From: Nymphaea colorata
Lineage: Eukaryota
Direction of reading: 5' to 3'
Assembly (NCBI RefSeq): GCF_008831285.2
Contig: NC_045138.2
Location: forward strand, 29,822,001-29,886,000
DNA: 64,000 bases
A program made the translations under genes and the position numbers. Below, piece after piece: positions 50,501 through 62,159 of this stretch. Numbering within the stretch: position 1 is the first letter of the stretch; each line of letters starts with the position of its first letter. A model generated the notes under the pieces. That model worked only from the letters and a program-made list of their open reading frames with translations. It was not told the DNA's origin and searched no databases.

Positions 50501-53500
50501 AGGTTTATTAATCTTAAATATGTCATAAGATTTTAAGTTTGCTATCCTAACAAATCAACCACCACAAATACGAGGGTGCTATAAAATCTCCAAAAAACCA
50601 CGTAAAAATGAACTTATAAATAAGAAAATAGCAGATAAGATCTAAAGGTTATCAGTTATCACAACACTAAAGCCCTTCTTTAGCTCTTTAGTCTAGTCAT
50701 ATGTCATATCCATTGCATCCTTTTTAAACATGTTTAAACATCCATTAAGTATGTTGAACTGCCACTTGATAGCAGTTCCCATGAACCAATATTTTCAAGA
50801 ACTGCCTCAGCAAAATAACTACTTTAACAAAATTGAAAACTTGAAAAGAGCAACCTTGTGCATAACTTGTGAAAACGTTGTGATATTATTTTTCATGTAC
50901 ATGCGCTTATTACTAGGCAACTATACAGAAAGACTCCACAAAAGAGGGACACAAGACAAGAAACATATAAATTATAACGTTTCTGTTAAAACTTAAAAGA
51001 AAAAAAGGCTTGTATGCCACTTGTCTAAGAAATAGTATAGCAATTCCTCATAACTGACAAATCACAACAGGCATTGAATTAAATAAGAATGCAAAATGCA
51101 CTAGACCAGCAAAATTTTTCATGAATCATAAAAAATAGTGAAATAATAATAATAATAATAAAATAGACAACCTGCTATCCTGTTAATGCCCTGCTTTAAA
51201 TAATCAGCATTTATTTCCTTAAGAATCACATGTGTGCCACTGACAATAAGAGCAGTTGCTATTCCAGCACCCATCAACCCTCCACCAATTACTGCAACTT
51301 TTTGCATTTTCCGAGGCTTCAGCCCTATATCAGTGACACCGGGTATCTGTGACACAAAAATTAAGGACATCTTGCACCATTCAGAGTAGGCTATCACCAA
51401 GAAATAGAAGAAACGAATGAGTTGGCAATAATTGCAATACATCTGCCCCTTTTTGTCTACTTTGCCTTTGAGAAAAATTGCATAATCTATGAGATTCAAA
51501 TGCACGCCAGCAAAGGCATAATCAATCTCAAGGAACAGGTACTGGCAACCAAGGAAGGTTACAGAAGTATAGAATTCTCTGCTTCCAGGTAGGCATCCAC
51601 ATCATAAAGCTGGTAGAACTTTAGTCCCATTACTATATGGGATAGGAGATGGACGGATTCACCTACAAGCTGGGATGGACCACTTATCAGAAGCTCCAAG
51701 ATAGTACTCATATGATGCACATGTGAGCCATGGGAAGGGATAGCAATGCATGCACATACAGGCTGAAGGGTTGCAAATCATGAACAACCAGAAACAAAAC
51801 GTACATTCAGGAGTTCTACCAAGGTGGGGCAGGCAAGGCCTCAAATCTAATCAATCACATAGAGACTTCCAATGAAGAAAATACAAGCATGTGTTTTAAA
51901 TGGATTCAAATAGATATACTAGCAAAAGTCAGTACCTTGGCTGTTAAACGCTGAGCAAAGAACACGTGCACAAGGCCTCTAGAGGTATTGCCTAGCACTA
52001 ACTCTTTGAACACCTTTGTCTCCTGGAACCAAAAGTTACTATTAACACATAAATTGATGCTCTCAAAAAAGTACAACAATTACAAACAAGGCCATGAATT
52101 ATGGGAAAGGATCAAGCTCCTCTTCCAACACTATCAATCCACATACTTTGAGAAGTCCTGCATAGCTTCCAAAAATAACACCCTCCTCAATCACATCAAG
52201 ACAACCTTGATGATGTGGAAGATTCTTAGCAGTCTGTTTTGCACGTTGTCGAGCAGCATTTATTATGTCTCGAGCTTCAGAAAAAGAGCCAATTCTATCT
52301 GTCCTCCTCAAAGAACTCATCCAAGGTTTATGCCTATTAGCGATATCTAATGCCCAAAGCCTAGCTGCTTTTAGCAACTCATTGGGAGGTACAATTGCAT
52401 CAATAAGGCCACGTTCCTTTCCTTCTTCAGAAGTTATTGGCTTTGATGACTGAAAAAAGCATGACAGAACAAAAACAAAGACCTTTTAGCATTTCCCTAA
52501 AAGTGTACTAGGAAATATAGGAACTCACTAGCAAGTTCTTTTTGAACGTTAAATAAAGAAATATAAAATACACATAGGAATTGATGCGACAGAGAAGCCA
52601 TTCAAAATTTCTGTAGCAATAAACCATCAAAATGATCCATCATTTAGTGCTTTGCTAATATCTTTCAAGTTTCCTGTACAAAAAATCTTATACATATACA
52701 TCTCAAAGTTGTGTCACCTGGCTTTGTCCCTGTACGAACATATGCATTTTCCTATTTCTAGCTTCCTCCAAACTACAGAGAAAGCAGAAGCTGTTTATCT
52801 CTTCAACCTGGGCCTTTTATGTGTCCACTTGCAAATGCCCAAAATCTAATACCAGCAGTCTTATGCAGTGTTGTACGTATCGTTTGCAAAATACGATACG
52901 ATACACCCCCTGTATCGCAAATGGGGGTGTATCGTACCTGTATCGTACGTGCGATACGGGCTGATTTCTAAAAAGGAGACTTAAACCCCATTTTTTCGAG
53001 TTTTTTTTATAAAAACCCACCCCTTCCTCATTTCTAATCTATAGATTGTACCGTTTTAGAGGGAAATCATTGATTTCCATTGTGAAATCATCGATTGTCA
53101 CCGTGAAATCATCTATTAAAGCATGGATTTGTGCATGGGTGGCTGATTCCCACTGAGAGGAAATGGTTTTTTTTTAAACCATGAAGATAAAGATGAAAAA
53201 GAATGATATTGTTATGAATTTTGATGTCTATGAAGTATGAATGATGAACCGTGAACGTGTAAGTTTATAGCATTTAGCAAAATAATAAGTCTATCATTAT
53301 CTAAAAGACTAAACCATGTTTTCTATGAAGAATTTATTATTTTTATTTTTTTCTGATTTTTTATGAATTTTTTGATTTTTTTTTAATTTTTTCTGATTTA
53401 TTATTATTATTTTTTTAAAATTTACGATACGGTTACGATACGTTACGATACGGCGTATCTTAAAGCCCGACCGATACGCCTTACGATACGTTTTTTACAA

Positions 53501-56218
53501 CATTGGTCTTATGCTTGTTCAAAATGACATTTTCATTATCAAACCTTTCTTACATTACATCCCAGGAGTTATGAAGCACATCTTAAGATTAATTAATCCC
53601 CCACTAGCCCCAAAATAAGTAATGTGATAGTTATCAAGCAATAATTCCAGATTGTCTTAAACTTCCAAAAATGTGGCAAACAACTTTTATTGTAATGGTT
53701 ACAAAAATAATAAAAAAGATATTCCACAATCATGAGTATGCAATCAACATTTATCGATGTTGAGGTACCAAAGTACTTATATGAACAAACAAAGAAAACA
53801 ATAGACTGAACACATAACTGCATTGACATCTACCAATCTTAATGTCAGAATCCTCATTGGATTTGAACAGAATGTGACTTACTAGCATCATATCAATAGC
53901 TTTTGAAATCCCAACAAGCCTTGGAAGCATTTGTGTACCTTAAACACAAGAGAGTTTTTGGCATAAGCAATGACTATAAAGTATAAACCAAGCAATGTGA
54001 AAAAGCACATGGAAAATATCAAAACCCTAAAAGCCACAGAATGCAATCAACCTCCAAATCCTGGAATTACACCAAGTGAAAGTTCTGGCAGGCCAAGTTG
54101 AGTTTTTGGAGTGGCAATCCGTGCATGGCATGCCTGTAAGATGGAAATTGCACAAAAAAATGTAATTTTGACTACAGGAATACTGCCAAAACCAGAACTT
54201 ATATTTGTATACCATTGCCAACTCCAAACCACCACCAAGTGCAAGACCTTGAATAGCTGCTACAGAAGGTTTTCTGGAAACTGAAGAGACCAATGCACCA
54301 TAATGGAAACAAGCATAGATAAGGATCTTAATATATTTTGAGTACAACATAGGCCATAAAAAAAAGTCTAATGAATGGAATTATGGTATCTAAGATCAGG
54401 CACTAAGCAATCGCTTGGAAAATGACCTTCAATTCTATTAACCATCAGGTCAATAGCCACATCTCCAAGAAGTGAAAGATCGCCTGCCAAGACAAAGAAC
54501 ATCCAGCAGGTGAATAAGTAAGTGGATCTGTCACATCCTGACAAATAAGAGAAGGTCTGTTACTGTTCTCAAAATACAAGGCGGGAGAATTCACCAGTCT
54601 TTTGGACTTCTGTGAAGACATTGATGTCAAAACCACCAGAAAATTTGCCACCCTCACCTTCACAAAATAACAGGGGGAAAGGCAGGATGAGTGTGTCTCC
54701 AAATAAAGGTAGGTTCAATTGTCATCACCAAAAAGAGAGATAAAAGAAGAAACTGCTTAATGTCCAGAAAGTAACAAAACTATATGATTATCATATCTTT
54801 TCATCGACATGATATGATGCAAACTTTTTTATTTATGCAGTTCAAGAATGGAATGCTGAAACCATCACATGTTCATCATACCAATAATAACAATAGCTTT
54901 CACATCATCCCTTGCATTTGCTTCATCATATTTCTGAATTAATCCTGCGAGAACTGTAGTGACAAATGTTGGTGTCAGACAGCAGATTTAGTATCAATAG
55001 AAAGAAAACTCTCACTAAACCAATTGTTTCACCTGCAAAGTTGATAACAGCTACATTTTCCAAGGAAAGAAACTAATAACAGTATATCTGATCATTTCAA
55101 GAAATAAAGGTTGGCCACAGTATCAACAAATAGGCAACATTTTAATGTACCATTAGCAGGGGGGAAGAAGCTAGACAGCCTTGAGCTCAGAACACATGCA
55201 GAAACAACCAGGAAAGTAGCAGGAATATAAACAAGAAACAATGATCTGAGGGGCAAACAACTTTTGTATCATTAAAACATTGCAATTAACAGAAAAACAT
55301 ATCGAACAATCCACTGCTCACGTAACAAGAGGGCATAAAGGAGAATTAAAAGGACCGATTGTAACATAAATAAGGCACTTGTACAATGAAAGAAAACCCA
55401 TATAAGGAACCGAAAAGGATAGATGTTAAACTCATGTCCTGATATGCCATTAGTAGTTCCCCCGATTATTTAGGCAAAGGCTGTGAACACCATTACAGTT
55501 GGTGGTAGTCATATGGTCACTATTTATTTAGTCAAACAAATTAAAGGACCTTACTACCGTCTTCTAAACCCTCAAAATATCAAACAAAAGCACTATTCGT
55601 GCTTCAACAGCCAACACTGTTACTACAGAAACCAAATCCGACTGAATGTACAAATACTGGATAACAAGAAGTAACGGTACCAAAGTAAACTTGTCAACAT
55701 CTTCCACAAAAAAGGACAGCTTAGAATGCAAGTCCTTGCTTTTTTACTCTTTCTTTCCTTCCCTCTTGAAGAAGAATTGACGAAGCAGATTTTCTACTGC
55801 AGATTGCACACCTCTCAACGAACTCATCCTTGATGAGTAAATGAACCCTTCAAAAATAACTCATGCATACAAAGAATATACAGAAGTCATCCATCCCGGG
55901 AATAGATATATATACAGATCCGTCATCCATGATGAATTCACCCCTCGTCATGAGAAATAGAAGAATCACATAGACAAAATTTCCGGTTTTTCAGTTCCCA
56001 CCGCAATTAAAGAGAGAGAGAGAGAGACATCGTTTTCATCACAAAGCCATCAACTCCAAACACTCTCCAAATACTCGAAGAAGTAACAGCAGATCAAACC
56101 ATTTTCAAAAAAAAAAAAAGTGGAAAATATTACTGGGATTCGCCAACGCGTTGACCGGGGGATTGCTGATAGTGATCAGGGCGACACCATCCGGCCCGAC
56201 GTCCATCGTGACCTTCAT
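43576..56218 (-). CDS. AIM1: Peroxisomal fatty-acid beta-oxidation multifunctional protein AIM1 (enoyl-CoA hydratase / 3-hydroxyacyl-CoA dehydrogenase), 18 exons, 720 aa
   Basis: Exons 56218-56134, 54953-54882, 54657-54595, 54483-54427, 54280-54213, 54133-54052, 53938-53883, 52449-52147, 52022-51936, 51346-51172, 48715-48594, 48145-47982, 46781-46527, 44912-44791, 44673-44552, 44436-44288, 44131-43993, 43617-43576 (2163 nt, in frame). Motifs: MKVTMDVGPDGVALITISNPPVNALA, FSGGFDI, ALGGGLELAM, LPELSLGVIPGFGG, Rossmann VIGGGLMG, GAHFFSPAHVMPLLE; C-terminal PTS1 -ARM*. VPVVVGNCTGFAVNRTFFPY favours AIM1 over MFP2. Confidence 0.93.
46163..46466. mobile_element. Probable hAT-type MITE remnant (CCTAG/CCTAA subterminal motifs) in AIM1 intron 13
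   Basis: Clusters of GCCTAG/CTAGGC motifs at both ends with an AT/CT-rich core; TSD not resolved. Confidence 0.35.
49412..50143 (-). mobile_element. Tandem-array TRIM (terminal-repeat retrotransposon in miniature): 3 LTRs and 2 short internal regions, in AIM1 intron 10
   Basis: LTR-like repeats at 49412-49591, 49670-49867 and 49945-50143, with TG...CA ends (partly mutated). Internal regions of ~78 bp carry, on the minus strand, a tRNA-Met-type PBS (GTGGTAATCAGAGC; GTGATATCATAGC) and a PPT (AAGTGGGGTGAAT; AAGGGAGGTGGAT). Flanks TATAA/TATGA are a 4/5 match to a 5-bp TSD. Confidence 0.85.
52866..53505. mobile_element. Non-autonomous hAT-type element (640 bp) in AIM1 intron 7
   Basis: TIRs CAGTGTTGTA...TACAACATTG; perfect 8-bp TSD GTCTTATG (52858-52865 and 53506-53513); many subterminal CGATAC/GTATCG motifs. 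Confidence 0.9.
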
Positions 56219-56914
56219 GGCTGCTCTTCTCTATGACCGCCTGATCCTCCTTAAGATACCTCCTGACAGGTGAATTGAGGGATTCAGAACGAAGAAGAAG
56301 AAGCAAGAGACGAGCGGCGGAAGGAGAAGACAAAAGAGCTGGCCTCGTCCCACAGAAGCGAGAGAAGGAAAAACAGAAGAAGCAACGAAAATGAGCTTCT
56401 GTGAGCCCGTGATGGCACGCCGGACGCCGGCTTGTGTACATACCGCGGGCCATTCTTCCTCCTGATGAAATTACCATTTAACCCTCACACGTCAAAAAGT
56501 TCCGACTAACTTGCACGTGGATTTGAAAAGTTTTTAATAAATCGTTTTTAACGTGCCCCTGACTAATCTTGTTTATATTTTAAGTTTTGGTTTGTTTCAT
56601 TTAACCTTGTATGTAATGAGCAAAACAAATAACAGCAATAGGAAAATATTATTTAAATATTCTCTTAAAAAATATTTTGTTTTTATTTTTATCCTTTTAA
56701 GAAAATGGCATTATCCGAATTTTATTCTTGGAAAGTATAAATTTCCCCTTTCACGTGTTAAATAAAGCTCAAATTTTGAAGCTTTGAATTTTGATTCTAG
56801 TAGAAACAAAATTTTGCTTTAATGAGATTGGAATGAAAATTCTATTAGCCTTTACTTTTTAGTTTAAAATTAAAGATAACGTTTTTTATAAAAATATAAA
56901 TTAAAATTTGATAA

Positions 56915-57120
56915 GGTTGTGCATGTTTTATTGCAGATCTCAAATCTAATATCTGAAGTGATTTGAGATTCTAAGATCTCAAATTCATAGATTTAAGATC
57001 AGACCACTTTTCATCCAATCCTAAATTCATGAGTTTTAACATGTGGCATGGATTTAAAATTCATACAAGCCAAAACAGACCAGTTTCAAAGACATAAATC
57101 CAAAGCTATTAAATACAACC
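56915..57120. mobile_element. Tourist-like MITE (same family as 16335-16565), ~700 bp upstream of the AIM1 ATG
   Basis: GGTTGTGCATG...AAATACAACC, left flank TAA; internal similarity to the 16335 copy. Confidence 0.65.
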
Positions 57121-57948
57121 TATTAAAACATTCATGTGCTCTAAAGAGAAATGAAAAAAAAAAAATTGAATCATAATTTCACCTCTTAAAATATAAACAT
57201 AATTTTGAAACTTTGATTCAATAATAATAAGCTTATAGTTCTTAAATCAACTTTTTTTCTTGGACGACCTAATTCCAATTTCTTCAAAAAATGAGAATTT
57301 TCATTGTACAAGAGAAGTTCATGAGCTTACCATGAACGTGTTTGCTTGTGGCCGTAGGGGCCACGGCAGAACGCATTCCGAAAGGAGCACCGCAGATAGT
57401 GTTCACACACGGACGAATGGAACGTCAAAGATAGTGACCACGTTTTTTTTGTCATTGAATAGTTGCGACCAAGTTCACATCTCCACCTATAAGAGATCAC
57501 ACATTGTTCAATACAAATACAAGCCATTTAACCAACTGTTATAGCATTGTTCATGATTTATGTTTCTTCTAGTCCAACGCGTTGGTGAAGATGAGAAGTC
57601 AATGTTTTTCTTTTCGAAGTTCAATACATGCTGATATACGATTTTTATTGACTCTTAAAAGCGTTGTGCAATTAATGTAATATTAACCCCATCAAGTCTT
57701 TCTGTCTCTGTCTGCTTTTAATATATGTGTATATATATATATATAATTTTTTTTTATTTTGTTATATTTTTTTTTTGTTTTATACATCGTTTCACCATGG
57801 ACAGTAATGGAGGAAGTGAGAAAATCAGACACGGAACTCAATGAGAAAGGACAAAAGTGGACAGAGTTCAACGAAGAAAAGAGAAGCAAAGATCAATTAC
57901 AAATGGAATTCAATTTCCACACGAACACTGTTTTTTTGGCGCGCATAG

Positions 57949-58384
57949 CAGTGCTGCATGAATCGACTCAACAATCGAGTCGGTGGAACTGCCGATTTGG
58001 TGAATCTGCTGTAAATTGGTAAAAGATATTAAAAATTAATAAAAATAAGAATTTTAAAGTGGATACTGAGCGCTCTCCAATCGGCCATTGGATCAAATCT
58101 GGTCGATTCCGGCCAACTCTGATGACAATGGTGCATAGCAATGTCGGTATCTCGCTCGTAAAAAATTATGAAGAAGAGTGGTTGATGGCGATGTTGATTT
58201 GACTGATTTTATGGTGCTATGTGCCCGGCATTTTTTTTATTTTTATTTCTTATAACTGTTTAAATTGTATATAGTATTTTTCTCCCAGTTCACACCTAAT
58301 TGTGATTCGAATTCGATTCATCAGATTCTCTGGATCAGCCAACTGCTAGATTTGAATCATAAAGTGATTTTGTAAAAAACTTTG
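57949..58384. mobile_element. Probable hAT-type MITE remnant (GAATC/GATTC-rich ends) between AIM1 and PEX4
   Basis: Starts CAGTGCT... with repeated GAATCG/CGATTC motifs at both ends, an architecture like the 8070 element. No clear TSD. Confidence 0.4.
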
Positions 58385-58868
58385 GATCAAAACCCGATTG
58401 TTGCTGGTGTTATTTGCCAAAAAAAAGGCTGGCTTTAAACGTCTATGACTTTGATTGTTAATCACAGTTTGATTTCAAACCATGCATCGCCGCCAGATGC
58501 ATCAGTTTTATATTTCTCCCTTGTTTGTCAGTTATATCCAGAAGTATATGGGAAATCGATGGGAAAATTGGAAAACCTAGATACAACACCAAAATGTCTG
58601 CACCCAGACATAATGTGAACATTTTATTATTTTAGGATTTTCCTATATGAAAGCAGCAGCGACATTTTCAGGACTACACCAAATTAGAGCCTAAGAAAAG
58701 AGAAGACATGACTAAAGACTGGGATTTTCCTTGTTCCAATCAAGAAACAGAACAGAGTCTCGAAAGTTGATAAAGCGTTGCTTCAACCACAAACGCTTTC
58801 TTAATACAATACAAGGCTACAATGCATACCCATGTAAGAAACATGCCGGCATTTCACTCCTTATCCGG

Positions 58869-60648
58869 TTATCCCTTCTTGGACATGGCAGCAAGCTTGG
58901 TATACATTCTAGCCATGGAGTAGTATCCCCTGTAGTCGCCAGACCTCAAAAGATTACCTGCCATGAATGTGGATAAAATTGAAGACATAATAACGGAACA
59001 AATAAAATAGAATACAGCTTCACATAAGGAAGCTTTCCATTGGTGAGTCGAGATCAGGTTACTCGAAGCTTCTACTTAACAAGGTGACATGCCACTACAG
59101 CCATCTCTTTACTTGCTAGTGTAACGTCACTAATAAAGCCTTGTGGACTCAAATTTGTGATCCACATTCGGTGAGTAAACAAGGAGTGACCCACATTGGT
59201 GGAGTCTCAAAAAATATGGGGTGTTTGGAAATCCTCAGTGTTCTCAAACAACGAAAGGTTGTGGAGAAATGGCACCTACTGTTCAGGCCTCCCCAGTAAA
59301 CTTTAGAATTGTACACCATCGGCGAAAGACAATAGACCAGATAGAGAAATACTACTTACACTAATGGAGTTCTACATAGGATAGGAAAGAGGAAATCGAT
59401 TATATGCTACATGGTTGGTGGTCTTTTCAGTACCTGAATCACAGTTGAGTGGACTGTCAGGTTCTGGATGCGCCATCAATGCAATTATGGCCCTGCACAC
59501 CGACTGAAGGGTCCATGCAGGGCTCCAAGCATTTTTCAAAATATCAAGGCATATCTCTCCCGTCTGCAGATTTTAGGGGAAAAAATTTCAGAAAGTGAAA
59601 CCAAACATGTTATAAAATGGACAATCATTGACAGGTTGAGCTTCCATACTATTAATGTTTGAGAAGATATATGTGCTTCCAAATTCCGATATTATTAGGC
59701 TTTGGCAATCAATACGCTATATCACTTTGAATAATATAGAAACATGAGACAGATGGGAAAACATGAGCACCACCGACAGAAGCACCTCTAGGTCCCAGCT
59801 TGGTAACAATCCCGAGTTAGCCGCAGGGTTGGCCTTAAACTGCTTGAATCATTGGCTCAGACTTGACTGTGAGCCATTTACTGTTCCACAAATAACTTGT
59901 TTTGATATTTCAAAAACACTATAGGAGTGCGTCAACAGATAAAACAGGCACAGGCCAAACAAATCCTAAACATTCTGCACCCCCTAACAACTGGCTGTAC
60001 ATTTGGTAACCTATGCCACACAAATGCTCTTAAATGGCTGCCGCACCTGTGTCACACCATGTTGATGCTGGTGCTTTTCTGACACAGCACGTCCCATGCA
60101 GTCAATTGAATCAGCCGAAACTGACCATTTTAAATGTGTACCTGACTAACTAGCTCTAATATAAAAAGTTTATATGTAAACATAAATAAATAAGACCACT
60201 AAATAGTTAAATTACTATATAAGAAATGATATAAATACATACACACACACATATATGCATCTTTGCGCACACGCACCTAACTTTTTTGAAAAATTGCCAC
60301 GTCCACACCTGCATCCCGCGCCCATGTGACATAGTTGGTAACAAGTTTTTTGATTATCATGATATTTGCATTTTAATGGAACCTGGATGCTCATTCCTCA
60401 TAATAAGGGCAATCATTAGATGGAGTTGCCACTTGAAACAGTCTTCAAGATGATAAGCTTTATGCTTCATAGAAATATAGTGATCCAAGTTTCCTAATAT
60501 GTCAAACTTTCTCTTTCTCGAAATGTAGAATCAATGCAGCTGTTTTCTAGAACTAAAACAAAAGCCTAAGTTACATGGGTATGGGTGTGAGAACACCGAT
60601 GTATGTATTACACAATTTTAGAAAATTTGGTTATGGGGATACGGCAAC

Positions 60649-60712
<64 letters not shown>

Positions 60713-62159
60713 ACAAAAATTCATGCATTTTGTTGAAGAGAAAAGGGTTTAATGCGTTTCTGGATTGGGTCCGACCCAGATCCAATCCAAAATGTACCAT
60801 GATGTGTTGCCATACCCGTGTTGCCATGATGGCGTGTCGACATGGGCACGAGGATCAATCTACCGAACCCATGTGCTTATGTCAGAAGCTTGATACCATG
60901 GTAAAACACCTACATCGAGGTAAACTCCAAATAGCATGAGATTCAAGTGACCTGCATTTGGAAACTAAACTAGGTCGCTCCAAACAAAACATGAAGCAAC
61001 TACTTGCAAAAGCAAATAGGTTTAACCAACCAGAATTTACCAAAGAACAGTACAAATGCTGTTTGTTCCATAATCCAAATAGTCGGAGACTCGGAAGTTA
61101 GAACAAAAAAATGGCTGGCAAAAGAATCAGTAAAAATCATAATAAGAAAGTAGAGTGATAATTGCACATGTAAATAAAAGTTAATTAGATCTCAGTAACC
61201 TACTTGCAGAGAAAAACTTCCCTCAGTCTTTCTATATTTGAGTTGCATTTGCAAATGCAAAAGCCAAATGGTGCTTAAGAAAACTAAGCAGCAAGCAGTA
61301 TCCAGTAACTAATGAAGAGAGAAATTGTTACCTTGAAATGTACGTTTGGATGAAATATTTTTGTCAAGAACCGGACTTGAGGAGGCAGCAACGGATATTG
61401 TTCTGGCACAGAGAAGGCTAGCTGAAAAACGCCACCCTCATAGGGTGTTTCCGAAGGTCCCTGAAAGCAAAAACAGCACACACTCAGGTTCTCAGTCAAT
61501 GCCATGAATGGTAAAAGTAGAACATGTTCTCGTGCTTTACCTTTATAAGAGCAGTCCACTTGAATATATTTGAATCATCACATATGAGCTGAATGTCGGA
61601 ATCTGCTGATTTCTCTTTCTGCACCTCCTTGTACTCTTTAAAAAGCCTAGCTCTTGATGCCTACATGCCATGCAAAGCCAAAGAGAATCACATCACTAAC
61701 GAACAAAGATCATGCTCAGTGGCACACCACCAAAAACATAATCAGGTTTCCAAGCCAAATTTATAGGCTCTGACAAGTTCGTTCGGTAACACAACAATGT
61801 ATAGTCATCAAGAAAACAATCTGCAAAACCCTTTTCTTCTTCCCTTCTTGAATGAACTGCCTATGATAGAATCAAGTAATGAACTTCCCCACTAAGGGTG
61901 CTTTCTTGGTATCTTCATGGATAAGCCACAAAACAGGATGCGGATCAGGAAAAACTAATAAGTAAAATACCTTCATCACCTTTTTTTGCTTGGATAGACG
62001 CTCATATACCACGAATATAGAATACAAGGGAAAAGAACATAAGACAACACAGCAGGAACAAATAAACAAGCAGAAATTTCATGGTATCACCAATCCACGA
62101 TATCGTCAAAAGAAGCAGAAAGCAGAACCCTTTGACTGAAGTAAAACACTGACCTGCAT
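58869..62159 (-). CDS. PEX4: Peroxin-4, ubiquitin-conjugating enzyme E2 (UBC21), 5 coding exons, 157 aa
   Basis: Exons 62159-62154 (ATG CAG), 61660-61541, 61460-61332, 59563-59434, 58957-58869 (474 nt). Protein reads [19 protein letters not shown]...[59 protein letters not shown]...LAAMSKKG*, with the catalytic Cys present. Probable 5' UTR donor at ~62984. Confidence 0.95.
60011..60334. mobile_element. Non-autonomous hAT-type MITE in PEX4 intron
   Basis: TIRs CTATGCCACA...TGTGACATAG; perfect 8-bp TSD TTGGTAAC (60003-60010 and 60335-60342); subterminal GCACC/CACACC motifs. Confidence 0.8.
60566..60881. mobile_element. Degenerate hAT-type MITE with internal (TA)n, related to the element at 60011
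   Basis: Ends CTAAGTTACATGGG...CCCATGTGCTTATG; degenerate TSD ACAAAAGC/TCAGAAGC (6/8); (TA)n at ~60652-60709. Confidence 0.55.

Noticed and set aside
56130..56477. 115-aa ORF overlapping the AIM1 start
   Set aside because: Out of frame with AIM1 and starts around or upstream of the likely TSS; no family resemblance.
59120..59226. Possible solo TRIM LTR in the last PEX4 intron
   Set aside because: Starts TGTAAC and ends GGGGTGTTT, but there is no terminal CA or TSD; too degenerate to call.
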